A stretch of 14,428 bases of DNA from an uncultured Candidatus Poseidoniales archaeon. Lineage in GTDB: Archaea > Thermoplasmatota > Poseidoniia > Poseidoniales > Thalassarchaeaceae. Under the pieces are notes generated by a model. The model made no database searches and was not told where the DNA came from. It saw nothing but the letters and a program-made list of their open reading frames with translations. Positions within the stretch are counted from its first letter, which is position 1, and every line of letters begins with the position of its first letter. A program made the position numbers and the translations under genes. The stretch lies in NCBI GenBank assembly GCA_964645485.1, contig CAZXZO010000019.1:25845-40272 (forward strand), read 5' to 3'. This document shows, piece by piece, positions 12,480-14,428 of this stretch.

Positions 12480-14428
12480 GTGAGTCAACAAGATGACTTG
12501 CCGCCAATTTTTGGTGCTAACTGGGAGGCTAAATTTCACCTAGAATTTTCTTCGCCACTTACAGTGGCGGATGCCCGCTCAATGATGATGACTGAAGTCG
12601 CTCAACAACAGGATGGACATCTGCGAGTGTTCGCATTTATATGGGATGAAATGACCGCCGATATTGAAATCTGGAATGGCAAAGAATTCCATGATTTTTC
12701 TTCTCAGTTATGTCAGCGAATAAGCGCTAATCTCCTCCGGCGCTCGGAAGAAAAATTGACTGAGGCTGTTTCATCTGACGAAGTGATTCCAAGGCGCAGT
12801 GGGGAAGTACATCTTCAGCGACGAACAAAACGATTTGTCATTGATTTACGGCTTGCACTTCGTAGAATCGCTCACCTACAATCAGTAACAGTTGAGCAAC
12901 GACTTGATTGGCAACGGTGGATGCAACGTACACGAAACCTTGACGAACATCTCAAAGACCTGTTTATGGATGGACTCGAGACGCCTGATGGTGGAAAATT
13001 TGGCGGTAAGGGATTCCGCTCAACCTGGCAAGAGGCGGTTGTTGCTTGTGCAAGTGCATTGAATCGAGCAATCGACCAACCATCAGGCCAACGCCACACT
13101 GGAGACATCGTTGCACCAATGATTCGAGACGTAGGTCTTGCTCTAGCCATGGGCCAAACTCCTGCTGAGATTTTTGCTGCACAGACTGGAAAATCTCAAT
13201 CCTTGATGAGTGGAGGCCATGAAAATGCAGGTGGACGCGATTTGCATATTGGCAATTGGCCGATTGGTGTTCTGCCACCAACTGCTCCCTTACCAATTGC
13301 CTCAGCCACAACTACTGGAATTGCCCTTGCTAGCCAGCGAATGGAATTAGAGCGTTTCCAACTAGCACCTGTAGGCGAAGGCTGTTCAAGCAGTGGTGAA
13401 TTTTGGGAGGCACTGAATTTCGCAGGTGCTAGAGGATTACCAATTGCATACATGATCCAAAACAACCAAATTGCGTTGGACACGTTTCCATCCGCTCAAA
13501 ACAATGCTGAATTATGGGCTGACAAAGGTAAAGCAGTTGGGCTACCATCTTGGACAATTGATGGCTCAGACCCAGCCGCATTCTATGCTTCCACCGCCAC
13601 CGCTCGTGAATTTGCATTAACCGGTGGCGGACCTACTCTAATTCATGTTGAAACAATGCGTGGCTGTGGCCATGCACACCATCACGACGACCTATACTTA
13701 GGTGCAGAAAGCGGTAATCCCCCCGGATACGTAAACCGTGACCTGTTAGCCTATTGGGAGGAAAAAGACCCACTGCCTAAGCACCACTCCTTACTCAAGA
13801 AACTCGGGGTTGAGGGTGAAGAACTAACGCGTATTGAACAAGAGGAAAAATCCAATGTCGATAAGGCACGAGCCACACTAAATGACATGCTTTGGCCAGA
13901 AGGGGAAAGTGTCACCACAGGAATTACAAGTTTTCACGACTCTGACACCCACGCTGACCAACTCTCAAGGTTAGCAGGAAAATCAGGGGATGATACATCA
14001 GAGACCACAATTTCGGGTGAAATCTCTGTTGAGTTTTCTTCTGGGTCCGGTTCGTCTTCTTTCAGCCGAGCAATTCAGCAAGGTATGGTAGCCATTGCTG
14101 AGCGTTGGGGTAGCCGAACCGTGTTCATGGGTGAAGACATGGAAGTTGCTGGGGCCTTTGGCATGAATTTGCCTTTGAGAGCCAAAGGCCATGGAGATTT
14201 ATTGCTTGATATGCCTCTCTCTGAGGCGATTATCATTCACGCTGCCACTGGCGCTGCTTTGGCTGGAATGAGACCAGTCGCTGAAATTCAGTTTGGAGGA
14301 TTCGCCGCCTTAGCAATGAATCCGCTGATTAACAACGCCGCTCAATTACGATGGCGCTGGGGCGCTGATGTCCCGCTCGTTGTTAGAATCCCACTAGGTG
14401 GCAAAACTCGCTCAGGACCATTTCATGC
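12480..14428 (+). CDS. Fused E1alpha-E1beta 2-oxoacid dehydrogenase (probably branched-chain/2-oxoisovalerate type) with an extra N-terminal domain; 3'-truncated by the window edge and absent from the ORF track
   Basis: Translated by hand: open from GTG 12480 to the window end (649 codons). E1alpha: WMQRTRNLDE, PMIRDVG, ThDP motif GEG-X26-NN (13374..13466), IDGSDP, GPTLIHVETMRGCGH, KDPL. E1beta: MGEDM, DMPLSE, GMRPVAEIQF, PLVVRIP.GG...GPFH. Confidence 0.92.
   Translation, partial: MSQQDDLPPIFGANWEAKFHLEFSSPLTVADARSMMMTEVAQQQDGHLRVFAFIWDEMTADIEIWNGKEFHDFSSQLCQRISANLLRRSEEKLTEAVSSDEVIPRRSGEVHLQRRTKRFVIDLRLALRRIAHLQSVTVEQRLDWQRWMQRTRNLDEHLKDLFMDGLETPDGGKFGGKGFRSTWQEAVVACASALNRAIDQPSGQRHTGDIVAPMIRDVGLALAMGQTPAEIFAAQTGKSQSLMSGGHENAGGRDLHIGNWPIGVLPPTAPLPIASATTTGIALASQRMELERFQLAPVGEGCSSSGEFWEALNFAGARGLPIAYMIQNNQIALDTFPSAQNNAELWADKGKAVGLPSWTIDGSDPAAFYASTATAREFALTGGGPTLIHVETMRGCGHAHHHDDLYLGAESGNPPGYVNRDLLAYWEEKDPLPKHHSLLKKLGVEGEELTRIEQEEKSNVDKARATLNDMLWPEGESVTTGITSFHDSDTHADQLSRLAGKSGDDTSETTISGEISVEFSSGSGSSSFSRAIQQGMVAIAERWGSRTVFMGEDMEVAGAFGMNLPLRAKGHGDLLLDMPLSEAIIIHAATGAALAGMRPVAEIQFGGFAALAMNPLINNAAQLRWRWGADVPLVVRIPLGGKTRSGPFH

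Noticed and set aside
12872-14192. Minus-strand ORFs listed in the ORF track over the last 2 kb
   Set aside because: All are antisense to the uninterrupted plus-strand E1alpha/beta reading frame, which the track omitted because it has no stop inside the window.
1-14428. Mobile elements, integrases, defence systems, pseudogenes or frameshifts
   Set aside because: I found no transposase, integrase, nuclease-defence or toxin-antitoxin motifs. All main ORFs are intact and intergenic gaps are short.

Overview
Gene-dense archaeal chromosomal segment, most likely Marine Group II (Ca. Poseidoniales, Thermoplasmatota). The taxon is an inference from archaeal-type RibB/RibL/RibH, a Thermoplasmatota-style endonuclease IV-like protein, a CCA-less tRNA and apparently leaderless genes. 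Minus-strand block: tRNA-Phe(GAA), bacterial-type RNase PH, Mog, a 2-TM hypothetical protein, a 6-TM K+ channel with SHOCT tail, an endonuclease IV-like TIM barrel with a charged tail, and a membrane-anchored FG-GAP/ASPIC-UnbV (CRTAC1-like) protein. Plus-strand block: ribB-ribL-ribE-ribH, trxB, moeZ, an orphan pseudo-receiver protein, and a 3'-truncated fused E1alpha/E1beta 2-oxoacid dehydrogenase that starts at GTG 12480 and is missing from the ORF track. I see no mobile element, CRISPR array or defence system. The most unusual signal is at the left edge: the tRNA-Phe 3' trailer carries an exact 17-nt antisense copy of tRNA positions 54-70, a C/D-box-like pair and a GC-rich hairpin, directly downstream of a bacterial-type RNase PH gene. 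Several proteins also show degenerate catalytic or sensory sites, or extra domains.
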